DNA of 54,263 bases, counting the filler, from Bipalium vagum (Eukaryota), in assembly GCA_037834085.1 (NCBI GenBank). It is 3 parts of 3 records of this genome, joined end to end, with 100 filler letters (N's around TTAATTAATTAA, not from the genome) between each part and the next. Parts side by side here need not be neighbours in the genome. Positions count along the whole stretch, not along the records: positions 1 to 20,896 come from JBBMKC010244912.1; 2 more parts are not named here. One strand, given 5' to 3'. The first letter of the stretch is position 1. Each line of letters opens with the position of its first letter. This document shows, piece by piece, positions 1-12,215 of this stretch. The notes below the pieces were generated by a model. It ran no database searches and was not told the DNA's origin. It saw only the letters and a program-made list of their open reading frames with translations. Both the position numbers and the translations under genes were made by a program.

Positions 1-57
1 ATAAATAAATAATAAATAAATAATAAATAATAAATAAATAAATAAATAATAAATAAA
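1..57. repeat. (TAAA)n microsatellite followed by A-rich low-complexity DNA
   Basis: Direct TAAA tandem units at the window start. Confidence 0.9.
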
Positions 58-2421
58 TTTTTTTTATACATAATAAATAATAAAAAAATACAAAAAACTA
101 AAAATATAAAAAAAAATAATATAGCAAATTAATAATAAGTAAAATATATTGATAAAGTAAAGAGTGAAATGAATGAAATATAAAATTATAAAATATAATT
201 AAATAATTAAATTCAAACAATAATCAATTAAATAAGTAAAATATAAAATTTAACTTTTAATAAAAAATAAAATATTAATAAAATAAAAATAATCGAATCA
301 AAATAATACTAAAATTATAAAAAAGTTAAAAAAAAAATTAAAAAAAAAATTAAAATAGAATAAAATAAAATAATAAAATATTCTCTAATGATAAACTAAA
401 AATATAAAATAATAATAAAATAATGTCAGCTACATCTGACGAAATGAATTTTTCATCAATCCTTTGACGGAAAACCGATCCACCTCATTTTGTACAATTG
501 GGTCAATGTGTTAATTAGTTATGATTTATGATGTGATCAAAGGGAAAGAATTAATGAACGGGAACAATGATCATAAGAATAAAACTGAAGTTATAATTGG
601 ATTGTGTGATTAAAACAAATAAAAAGTTCTGCGATCCAAACAAAAGTCTCCAAAAATGTTCAAACAGATAAATAAAAAGAAAAAGGGTTGCTTCTCTTAA
701 AGAGTAACGGAAAAGTTCGTGTATTCCAACATTGATCAGGTTTTTTGATCCGCATGAGGGTTGAAATGAAAAATATTTGACTGAGAAAAATACTAAGAAC
801 AACCGCCAAGGTTGGTTGAACAGAAGGTTACGATAAAGTAATGATATTTCCAATAATATTATTGGGAAAGATCCGAAAGATGAACGAGTTAAAGAAGTTA
901 TATTTGAATAGGGTCAAGATCGTCAAAGGGATCGTCATCATCTGTTTCGAGGGACCAAAAACCATCAAAATATTTGTTGCCTTCACCATTGATAATGTTC
1001 AACGTTAATAGTTTCATTTCCACCAATTCTTCATGTCTGAGCTGCAATTTACAATTCTTTCGTTGTGAATTTTGTTGGCCTAAAGCTTATAATAGTCAAG
1101 CGTCAGCTTGCAAGGTAAGGTTTTGTCTATCTGTTACCACCCAAGACAAAAAATCACTAAATTTTCCCTGAGAAACGAAACTTGTTGAGCTTTAACGTTG
1201 GACTTTGGTCGCCAGAAATCCTAAATCAATAAAAATAAAACCGAGAAGTGGCCAAAATTAAAAAAATAAATGAATATATCATTTACTTTGTAATGAAGAA
1301 ATATAAATATAAAATATAAATAAATTAATAATTAATTCATAATAAATATTAAATAAAAATGAAATAGTAATAAATAAAATATACAATTGTATAATATAGT
1401 ACATAAAAATAAATTATTAATTAATTAATAAATATATCCAGTAAAAGAAATCTTAAATAAATTAATATTAAATAAGAGAAAAAAATATAAAAAAATTACT
1501 AATTAATTAAAAAATTAACAAAAAAAAAATCAATATGTAATCAATATAATGAATAAGAAAATTAATATTAAATAAAATAAAAATATAAAGGCTAATTAAT
1601 AATTAATTAAAAAAAAATAAAAATAATCCTAAGTAATATAATATAAATTAAAAAAAAATTTTAAAAAATTAAAAAATAAAATAAAAAATAAACAAAAAAT
1701 TACTAATTAATTAATAAAAAATTAACAAAACAATATAATCAATATAATCAATAAAAGTAAGATTAAATAAATTAATATTAAATAAAATACAAAAGTAATC
1801 AATTAATAAATATATATCAAGAAAAAGTAGTTTTAAATAAATATATAATAAATAAAAATGTTAATTATTAATTAATTTATAAAACATAAAATAAAAATAA
1901 AATTAGTCGGATTAATATTAAAAAAAAATAGATGATAAATATAAATAAAATTAAAACAAAAAATCGCTTATTTATAGCAAATATTTGTTCGCCGTTGACG
2001 AGCGGGGCCAGCTGTCTTCATATTCAGGAATCGGGAGGGGGGGCAGTGTATCAACAGAACCAATTTCCAATGCAGAAGGAATCCCGTGGTGATCGCAAAA
2101 CGTAAAAGGTTATATTTTTTCTCAGCGAAATGTTACACCAGTAGGCGTGTATTGATCATGTTCTGGTCATGTGCGCACACAAGCTCCATTTCCAACATAC
2201 CTAAAGAGCTTGTGTGTGTGCGCGTGTGTCTCTCATACATGTGTGTCTCATGCTACGAGAATTTATCGTTTCATAAAATCAGCAAGTTACAATTTTCCTT
2301 TATTTATATTTCGACTTTCCCTCTTTATTTTAGCCTTCATTTTTATCCCAGCCCGTTTTTCTGGCTTTGGAAAGGAAACTCCTCTCGCAACCATTCTGTC
2401 GCTTCAATTGTCATCTGTACC

Positions 2422-3319
2422 ATGTTGCCGTGGTTTCTGTTTATAACGGGCTCTCTATCCGTGTTGAACATTTTCTCTGTCAACGGAAATCAGTGGGTTC
2501 CGTCACATGAACCGGAAGCTGAAGATATACCTTGTATTACTGTCAATGGTTCTTTTCGAAATCCCAACATATCCATTGATGTTGGTAAGATCTTTCCTTT
2601 TGAGTTCAATTGCTCGTGTTGTAGCCAGTTGGGACTGTTGGAAAACATGTTGAGGACCTTCTTCAATAGTTCGCTGCACTTGGTCGCCGATCAGAAGCCG
2701 ATTCGGACCGGAATTTTTGCACTAAGGATCATTGTTATTGATAACAGTGTTGTCGTGCCAATTGAGAACAGAAACCTCTCTCCTCGTTATCTGGGTCAAA
2801 GGTCGAGACCATTGTTTCAAAAATGTCCATTCTATTCCAAATGTCAAGTCATGTACTTGGGTCTGCCGAGTTCCAACAACGTTTTCTATCTCGACGGAAC
2901 GACAATAGGCAGAACTCCACTTTCATTTTCCATCATCTGGTGGAACGTCAGTCGTCTACCGAGGAACATCATCGAATATTATGTGGATGAAGAAACCTAT
3001 AACAGGCGATCAGTGGAAGAAGCTCATTTGATTTCGGAAAGCTTTTCCCAGTGGGTTTTAGATGAGTACCATTACAATGTCTCCGTTGTTCGCAAATCCA
3101 ACCCGTACAATAAAGCCTTCAACTTGAGCTCAGCTTTTATTGCAGCCCTGCTCGCTCTCAGTGTAGGGTGTAGCCTCGATCTTTCTGTGGCCAAAACCTA
3201 TTTCAAGGAGTCCCGATGTTTGTTGTTTGGTCTGACAAGCCAACACTTAATTTTGCCAGCGGTAATTTATTTAATTGATCAATTTTGGATTTTCGGTTTT
3301 CCAATGTTAGGTGTTATTA

Positions 3320-3363
<44 letters not shown>

Positions 3364-6300
3364 TATTATTATTATTATTAATTATTTTTATTTATTATTA
3401 TTATTGAATTTTAATAATAATTAGGAAAAATCGATAAAAATATTTTTCAAAAAAAAAGAAAGAGAAACAACAGATTTAATTTGTTTTTGTTAAGTGCTAT
3501 CATTTGAACTGTCTCACCCCGAAAAAGGAAAGTAGCACTGCTAAATGAACAAACGATAAACATCTATTCAATGAAATAAGGACCATTTGAATCAATTGTT
3601 CACTGTTAACGAGCATGAAAACCAAAGAAGACTTTTGAAAAGATCTCTTTTTAACGAGAAAGAGCTGGTAGGCCAAAATAGTTGAGACTCGGTTGATGTA
3701 GCGCCAATTTTGCATAAAGCAGAGTGAGCTTCTGACGAATGTGAAAATCAGCACGTGAGCGGTCTGATGGATATGGTGGGCGAGCAAGAACTTCGAATCC
3801 AAGTTTCTTTAATTTTACCAAAGTAACTTGTGCAACGTGTGACTTGGATTGTCGTTCAACAAATAAGCTTTAATATGTTGATCAAAAATGGTGTTTGACA
3901 CAGTTTTCCGTTCATTATTAGAAGCTTGAAGTGAGCCGAAGAACGGAAAATGTGGAAGTTGGATAGTGCAGGTCAGGACTCCAGGCATGGTAGGATAGTA
4001 CATTCATTCCCTCAATTCCGAATTTTTTAGCTACATCGTTCTGGCAATATGAGCTGAGGCGTTATCACGCTGAGGGGATGTCCGCTTTGATGATTGATAA
4101 ACTTCTAAGTCCTGACCGGTACATTTATCCCTCAAGGATAAAAGGTCATTGGTGTATTAAGCCTTAGAAATTGATGAGAACGATTGCGTGTGGAATGTAA
4201 TTAGTTTTCTTTGGAGAAATTGATGACCAGATTTTTTTGGCAGATAAAGGAACGATTTTCTTATCTGGGCAGGGGGAATTAAAATATTTGGAAGAATTTC
4301 AACTTTTAATTGTCTTTTTATACAGAAACATTTCCAGAGAATTTGTTATCCTTAATTTTGGAATGTCCTCAGTCAGCTGGGAGTTCTTTTCACATTTAAA
4401 AATTTCTCCTTTTTTTGGAGAGGAATAAAATATTAAAATTCACCATTGTGCATTGTTTGTTTAGCTGCAGTAAATATTTTACGCCCTGCCTGCCAAGCTA
4501 TCACCGCTGCTTTTGACTAGGATAGTTTCTGCACATGGCATTATCAATAATGCTGAGGTAGTATGATTCTCGTTGAGTTGCTAATGAATACTGTAACATT
4601 GTGGGTCGCTGATATTCAATTCCCCGGGGTCTTTTTCACCATTTCTTTTATATGTGGATATGAAGCTGATCATTCGGCCTATAGTTTTACTTTCACAACA
4701 ATTCTAGCTTTTGGGAACGATCTCAGAAATGCTTATACAAACATGTTGAGCTTATATGGAGTATTGTAACCAAAAAGTTGACGGAGAACCGAGTTTAAGA
4801 GAATCTCAATCAGTTTTTTTTACTAATGATTATCATTTTTACTTGTTACGCAACCATTTCTGATATAAATAGAAATTGTTATGATATTTTAATTATTAGG
4901 TTGTAACAATTTTTCGTGAATTTAATGTATTACAGTTTTTGTTTAACTAGATTATATTTATTGATTAGTAAATACATTTATTTGAAATCTTTTTTACCTA
5001 TTAACTAAATTATAGTAAGTATTTTGAAATATATCATTTAATTTTTTAAAAAATGCACAGGTTTGAAATGAAATGCCAAATTGATCAAAAGCACCATTTT
5101 CGAAACCTATTATTATTTTATTTTAATCGCGATAACAAAGTAGCAGAAGTTGTCAAGGAAATTCGCAGTGTGTAAGGAAAAATGTTTTGGCCTGGACAAC
5201 TGCAAAATATTGGTATAACAAATTTGAGAATGACACATTTGACTTTGAAGACACGCCACAAACCAGTCGTCCATCCAATTTTGATGATAGCCATTTGATC
5301 AAAGTGGAAGTGGACAGTCATCAAACATGCAGGAAGTTGTCACAAAAGATGAACAGCAATCCAATGACAGTCTTCCTTCACCTAGAATCAAATGGCTATT
5401 GTCAAAAAATTGGTTCCTGTGTACCATATCGGCTCAATGAAAAATTCAGAGAAAGTTGTTTAAAAATTGCTGCTCAAAATCTTGTGAGTCACCGAGCAAC
5501 ACCGAGAGCGTTTTCTTCATTGAATCATAACAGGGAATGAAAAATGGTGTCTGTCTACAATCTTACAGTATAGGAAGAAGTGGATGGGTCCTGATTGCAC
5601 AGATATGTCCAGAATTAAACCGAAATTGCATTAAAAAATATATGATCTGTGTTTGGTAGAATTGTGATGGTCTGATACACTTGGAAATGGTCCCAAAAAG
5701 CAAGAAAGTCGACATGCTCCTATACATAAACCAATTGCGTCTAGTAAATGACATTATTAAAGTGAAAAACTATTATAACCGAGCCAAAGTGATTTTTCTA
5801 CATGATAACGCTAGGCCGTATACAGCAAATATCACCAAAATCGCCATCCAAGAGCTCGGTTGGGAGGTTCTTCCACAACATGCGTATTGTCCGGATCTTG
5901 CACCAACTGATTTTTATCTTTTCCGCTCGCTGTCAAATCAAAAGAAAGGTATTATTTTCAGAACGAGGATGATCTTTCTTTCAGAGCAAATCTAGCAATT
6001 TCTGGAATAAAGGTTTCGAAAAATTGGTGGAAAGATGGGAGAAGGTCCTAAAGAATGACTTAAATTATATTATCGAATGATTTTCATTATTATTCTTAAA
6101 TAAACTGTTTTAATTACTTCATTTTATACATAGTATAAAAACATGAAAAATTATGTTACAGCCTAATAATATCAGTTTCGGCAGAAATACTTCCTTTTTT
6201 AAAATAACTAATTTAATCAATTTATTAATAAAATAATTGTGATATCAAAATATTTAATAATTACATGTCAAAATCTATAGAATTATTTAAAATATGAACT

Positions 6301-9300
6301 AAATAATAGTGATAATAATAATGGTCAAATAATAATAGTCATTCATATTTCTAAGTTTAATTACCAAATATACATGAATGAAATGAAAATATTATAAACT
6401 AGATCAATATATTCAATAACATTTGAAATGCGCAGTTCTTGTTGGTTTATGCAATAATAATTTTTATTCATTTAAACACGCATTTCTAACTTAACATAAT
6501 ATTTATCTTTTTAAAGTAATATAACCAAGTGCGGCAAAAATGTATATTTTTTATCTACATTGTTAACTGAATTTTCGTATAAAACTGTAATATTATTTAA
6601 AGAACAAATGAAGAAATATGTTTCGAAAATCAATGTGTAGAAATTCCACAATCAAAAAACAGGAAGGACTTATTTTCCAAACAAATATGTCATGTTCTAC
6701 TGAGAAGAAAATAGAATTTTAATTTGTGCCATTAAAAAAATGATATTTCATTATTTCGGATATTGCAAAAATTATTTATTATTTTTAATTGTTACTATTA
6801 CGGTCTTTCCGTTTTGATCCTTTGATCTCTAAAAATAATAATTATTAATATTAGTTAGGTATTACAATATACAAAATGCTCCAACTAAAAAACTCGGTCG
6901 GCTATGGGTTGTTTGCTCTTTCATGTTCCCCAGGAGGAGGTTTGGGACATATTATCGTTTTTCTAATGAATGGGGACGCAGATTTATCCGCCCTAATATC
7001 AACAATTAACTGTTTCATAAACACAGGTGATTTTCCTTTTACATATGGTACAGGTTGAATTGGAAAACTAAATCTAGGACTAACTTTGCTATGGATGTAT
7101 GCTCTGAACGGGTTCTATCAAATCGAGTACCTTCCTTACTCTATGGGATTATGGCTTGGGATAATTCCAGTGATGCAAGGATTTGGAGTGATAGTTAATT
7201 TTTGGAGTACCTCTGCCGCCCAAGCTATACTGACATGGTTTACGAGACCTTTTCTACTACTGGCGGGCATCTTATTTGTAACGATTGGGGTTTACATCAA
7301 TCATTATACATTCAATCAAATAAATCATTCGATGGTGCTCGGTATGAACTTTGGTTAATACATTTATTGGTTATTAATGTCACTGACAAAGTAAAAGGAG
7401 TTCTGATAAAAGAAATGATATAATAAGATATATTTTATGGGCAATTTGTTTAAAGACTGAAATGTCCATGAAGTGGTTTGAACAAAGAAAAATATATTTT
7501 GCTTCTATATCCGTTTTCTTACCCTTTTTTGACCAAAGAAAGTATAATGTTATAATGATCCAAAATTTTCTTTCTTTTTTGGTGAAACCTAAGTCATGGA
7601 TATTGAAAGCTTAATTTATATTAAGTTTCAATAGAAGGTCATTTGATTGATGTCTTTGTACAGAACAACTTATATAAACTAGGCACCTTGTAGACCTGAC
7701 AACATTATCAAGCTGGTAGATGCACTTAAATAAATGCCTACTGTTCTATAGTAGGTGCATTACTCAGAATACAAAAAACATAAAGAAACTGCTTATCTCT
7801 TCAGAAATAAAGCAATAACGGAACCATAATGACTTATTTTATGTTGAATGTACATTTTTTATACATATCTACAATTTTTACTTATTTTCATTGATGGAAA
7901 TTACTGTTATCGGTGAAAATCAGTGCGAAGGTTTTAGATTGGTGTAAAAGAAATTACCGTTTTAATAATGCTCCACCATTGTTGTAATTTTGTCTAAATA
8001 TATTAATTTATAAATATTAATCATTATATCAATTTGAATATTATATTTCGTTTAATATGGTAATGGTCTTAAATTTCATTGAAATTACCCTTTAATTTAT
8101 TTTTTGTCTCTAGAAATCATGATATGTAAGATGAAAAATTCAAATCTTTTTATTACAAATTTATAAAAGGTCTTTGAGTAGACGATATAGCTTCTAAAAT
8201 CAAAGCTGCTTTCGGCACAGGAACAACTAATGAACGAATGTTCGATGGCGGTTTACTACATTCCGTAGCGAGATGAAAGTATGTAAGATGAGAATAGATG
8301 CTGTTCTAAATACTTATATTTTACCATTAAATATATAAATTATAAACCTGATAATTATTTATGATAATACATAATCAAATAACAAAGTCATTGAAGTGGT
8401 GAAATGATTTGTTTGATACTAGTTGAATGCTGTGCATGTGGTGAAGATAATTTATAATATCAGATAAAATTTCAAACTCTACTGACTGCTCCGTTTCCGA
8501 AATATAGTGCTTGATTTGCGGAGAGCACCACTGAAAGAATTACAGACTGCTATTTTCAGACTCTCATTAACTGTCTGGAAATATCTGCAACATATAGGTG
8601 GTCAAATGTAGACACACATTCAGTCTCATTCTATCAGTTGCTTGGAACTACGGTTTTTAGTAGCGCGGTTAGAAACACAAATAATAAAAAATAATTTTAA
8701 GCCTAATTAAAGTTATCATTTGTCACAGAATTTTAAAAGACAGAAAATTATTTATTTGTTTCAACGAATTCAATTAATTTTATAACCTTTCAAATCTAAT
8801 TTGAAAATATCACAGAGAAAAAAAAATGAAATTTTGTGTCTTGCTATATATTTTCCATGTCTTACAGAGCTGAGCCTGTTTCTTCTCACATTGATTAACC
8901 TAATGCAAAGCAGAGGAGGTATAATCATAAATGACAGTTTTGCAACCGTAATTATAAGTCTATATTTGATATACAATATCTGTTTCGATAAAATTTCAAT
9001 GTAATAATTCTCTTTTATTCTAAAATACGTTAGTTAATTTCCTACTTTTCTCAGAAAAAGTAATTATTAATTAGAAACTAAAGTAATTATTTAATTGTCT
9101 TTCACAGAATTGACTTATTGCAATGACATTCATGTTAATCTCAGCTTTTTACATGTAAAAGTCCGTAGTAATCTATTTAAGTAATATTAATTTTAATCAA
9201 TAATATCAATTTTATTATATTGATTTTTAGTAAACATATTTTCACCCGTCATTTCTAAATTTCAAAAACTATGTAAATTAAAACAAATGTGAAAATGTAT

Positions 9301-11460
9301 AAAGTTATTAATATTATACATTAGTTTAAATAAATACATCTTTTTCATGAAAAATCACATCCTTCTTATATTCATGAAATATTACGGGTACAAATAAATA
9401 TTGCGGAATTTTTAATAACCGAAGCAAGGTAATTTCGAAATAAAAGATAATTTATTCAAAATAATGACCATTGTTATCCACACATCTTTCCATCTTTTAG
9501 TCAATTTATAGATGCCATCCCAAAAGAACTTTTATGGTTTCGATGCGAACCATCCAGAGATCAAATTTCGGATATCTTCGTATGATTTGAAGTACTACTG
9601 ATCAAGTTCATGTGCCATTGAAAGAAACAGGTGAAAATCGGAATGAGCAAGATCTGGTGAATACGGCGGATTGGTAAGTACTTCCCATTTCATATCTTTT
9701 AACATGCTTTTAACTGCTTTAGAAGTTTGAGGCGTAGCGTTGTCATGTAGAAGAATTACTTTGCATTTTTATTGAACCATTTTAGAATTTTAACTATTAA
9801 AGACTGATTCAGCTGAGCTATTTGGTTTTGGTATCTCTCCGAATTAACACTTTCACGTGGTTTGAGAAGCTCATGGTACACCACGCCTTGTTGATCTCAC
9901 CAGATGCAGAGCATTGTTTCCTTTCCGAAGCGGTCTGATCTTGCAGTTTTGTTTTGATGGTTAATCTGGGTTAACCCCTGCTTCCATACGTTTGAGATTT
10001 TAAACATTGATCCACTTTCATCTCCCGTCAAGAGTCGATGAAAGAAAGACTTTCTTAATTGACGAGGCACCCATTTTCCTTCCTTTAAAATCTTACCCAT
10101 ATCATGTAAGTGTGCTCTTCTTGGTTGCTGGATAATACCTAATATTATGGCAAGTTGATTTTGCAATTGACAGTCATCTTCATTCAATAAATTTTGTAAA
10201 TCATGGTTTTCAAATTTTTAAGGTCGTTCTTTATCCTTTACACTGAAACCATTACTTCTGGAGTGGTGAAATCAACGCTCGCATCTGTCCTGAGATACTA
10301 CATGTTTTCCATAACATCACATAATATCCTGCAGCTTTCTGCGGCAGTTTTGCTCATCATGAAGTAATGAATGGGAACTTCCCGCAAGTGTTCTTTGGTT
10401 GGCGTAAATGTCGACATATTTAGATCTAAAAATTTTGAAATTATTAACATATTATGAAAATTGATTTATATTTCAATTCAAAATTATATTTCGATATCTC
10501 ACTAAATCTATTTTAAATAAATCCACATTATTTAAACCATTATATAATGTGAAAAAACGGAAAAATACCAATGCACCAACTCAATAGTTACATGGCTTAA
10601 ACTTCAAATTCAAATCTTTAAAAAATTGATGCAGGTAAAATCAAAAATGTAACGATGGTTAATAATATTTATTAAATGCTACGCATTTCTTTTAACATGT
10701 TTCCAAAGATATCATTACAAAATGTCTTCTGTAATTGTTTTGAGCCCGTTTTCTATCAAAATGTATAAATCAATTTCATTCTTTGGTTGACTGTTTCTAA
10801 AGTGATATTTCCACACACTAACCATGTTTTCTATGGACTGAAAGTGTGGAGCTAACCTTAAATGATTTCCATTTTCTACGATTACATTTTGAATTTTCTT
10901 ATTTTTATGAAAAGGTAAATTGTCCAAGTTCGAATTTGAAGTTTAAACCCTTTATAATGGATAATATTAATTTTAACCAATAATATTAATCGATGTTTCA
11001 AAAGTAAAATGTGTTCCCTTTTGATTATTTTTGCTAATGTTATAAATATTTTTATTAATCAATTAATTATTTTTATATTTCAGGAGTGTTATTATTAATG
11101 CTCTGTGGATTCTTAGTGGGAAGCATTTCAGGATACTTTTCCAGCAACAAACAAAACAAAGACGTCACCTGTTCCTTAAGCGTTGAAACGGCTCTATCCA
11201 ACGGACTTATCCTTATTCCAGCACTGAGATATTCCCTAAATCAACCGGAAGGAGATCTTGCTTCCAGTGCTTGCTTGTGGTCGGTCTTCTTTTCACCACT
11301 GCCTTTATTTTTGATATTCCTATCAAAAAAAGTTCAAATTGTCCTTTTAAGATTTGTTAAAAATCAGTTCAAAAAGAAACCCGGGGTCCGTAGAATAAAT
11401 TTGAGAAAACAATCCGACAGTAACAAGGACGCTGAGAACATGTCTTCTAATTTAATTTAA
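2422..11460 (+). CDS. SLC10-family (sodium/bile acid symporter, SLC10A3/A5-like) membrane protein, 4 exons, about 550 aa
   Basis: Exons 2422-3261, 6855-7026, 7078-7341 and 11084-11460 join through phase-consistent GT-AG introns. Motifs: ALSVGCSLD...GLTSQHLILPA|LG...LSCSPGGG...NGDADLS...SLSVETALSN, matching the SLC10 pattern (MGC, QFxxMP, CSPGG, GDxxLS, ETGxQN). ATG 2422 opens a signal-peptide-like stretch (MLPWFLFITGSLSVLNIFSVNG); the start codon choice is inferred. Confidence 0.88.
3316..3405. repeat. (ATT)n microsatellite in SLC10 intron 1
   Basis: Direct ATT tandem run; it explains the poly-I/Y tail of ORF 2086-3381. Confidence 0.9.
4896..6166 (+). mobile_element. Full-length but decayed mariner (DD34D) element, about 1.27 kb, in SLC10 intron 1
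   Basis: Terminal inverted repeats TTAGGTTGTAACAATTTTTC / TTATGTTACAGCCTAA with flanking TA at 4894-4895 and 6167-6168. Transposase motifs HFRNLLLF, FLHDNARPY and YCPDLAPTDFYLFRSL, interrupted by stops and frameshifts. Confidence 0.92.
8115..8290 (+). mobile_element. Short mariner N-terminal HTH remnant
   Basis: Translates to YKFIKGL*VDDIASKIKAAFGTGTTNER..., resembling the mariner HTH region. Confidence 0.45.
9382..10584 (-). mobile_element. Decayed Mos1-like (mauritiana-type) mariner in SLC10 intron 3; transposase pseudogene about 9452-10417
   Basis: Begins MSTFTPTKEHLRE...KTAAESCRIL; contains GKWVPRQL, LLTGDE, MLCIW, LHDNATP and PPYSPDLAHSDFHLF; ends GHYFE*. The 5' TIR-like end is at about 10552-10584 with TA at 10585-10586; the other TIR is degenerate. 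Confidence 0.9.
10591..10952 (-). mobile_element. Internally deleted Tc1/IS630-like element (362 bp) retaining the C-terminal DDE fragment
   Basis: Inverted termini CATGGCTTAAACTTCAAATTC / GAATTTGAAGTTTAAACCCTT with TA on both sides. Peptide LDNLPFHK...PHFQSIENMVSVWK matches DNxxxH...PIExxWxxxK. Confidence 0.8.
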
Positions 11461-11665
11461 GGGGAACAAATCGTATTCATGTAAAACAGGTTTTTGAAGT
11501 GTTTATCGTTTATATCTGAACTGTCTTTGATTTAAAATTGCTTAATATAAATAAATTATTGATTTTTATGTGTTACTTTTGATAAATGATTTTTTAAATT
11601 TAAATAAATTCTAAAAATTTTTAAAATTTATTTTGTAAAACGGATTTTTAATAGTAAAATTTAAA

Positions 11666-12215
11666 TGTATCATTTTTTGCTATGGGAATGAAGAATCCTT
11701 ATGTGGCTGCATCTACACAATGCCTATGATACGAAAAAGGCACGATGATGTACGCGATATTTTAGTTGGATTGTTATCCAGATTTGAAAAGGAATGGAAA
11801 ATTCACTTCGAAAAGAAAGGAATTTTTGAAGGTCAAAACCTAATTCCTGATATTTAATTGGTCAATAAGAGGCTTAAAAGATACCTGATTATAGACGTCA
11901 AAGTCCCCTTTGAATCAAAGATTTCTATCAAGGGTAATGACGAAACGAACAAGCAAAAATAGCAGACTTGTTTGGACGAAGCCGAATCCGAACTCGGAAG
12001 AACATGCTACTATAATATCAGAACATTTAAAATCGGAGCCGGAGGGTCATGGATTCGGGGTATTAGGATTTAAAATAACATAAATTAATTCAATTTTGGA
12101 AAAATAATCGACCAGGACGACAATCAACACTCATAATATCTGGAGAAAATTTATAGCCAGAGCCGAGACAAACATAAAAAAAACTTCCCAATGTCAATGG
12201 CAACCATATCTTTGA
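11666..12215 (+). mobile_element. 3' fragment of an RLE-type non-LTR retrotransposon (R2/NeSL/CRE-like restriction-like endonuclease)
   Basis: CIIFCYGNEESLCGC (degenerate CCHC)...RKRHDDVRDIL...IPDI*LV...LIIDVKVPFE...KQK*...IGAGGSW, which is the RHD / PD / IDVxxPFE / KxxKY / GAxGSW signature, with stops. Confidence 0.8.

Noticed and set aside
2086-3381. 431-aa ORF as a single-exon gene
   Set aside because: The N-terminal ~112 codons (GTG start, TG-repeat) look like open UTR and the tail is an ATT microsatellite; the real exon appears to be 2422-3261.
3500-4790. Nested genes in SLC10 intron 1 (ORFs 3500-3802, 3815-4003, 4563-4769)
   Set aside because: No recognisable motifs or consistent splice structure.
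8400-8680. Possible retroelement integrase fragment on the minus strand (GNGA/SVEFENF/LSSPHAQH)
   Set aside because: Too degenerate to support as a feature.
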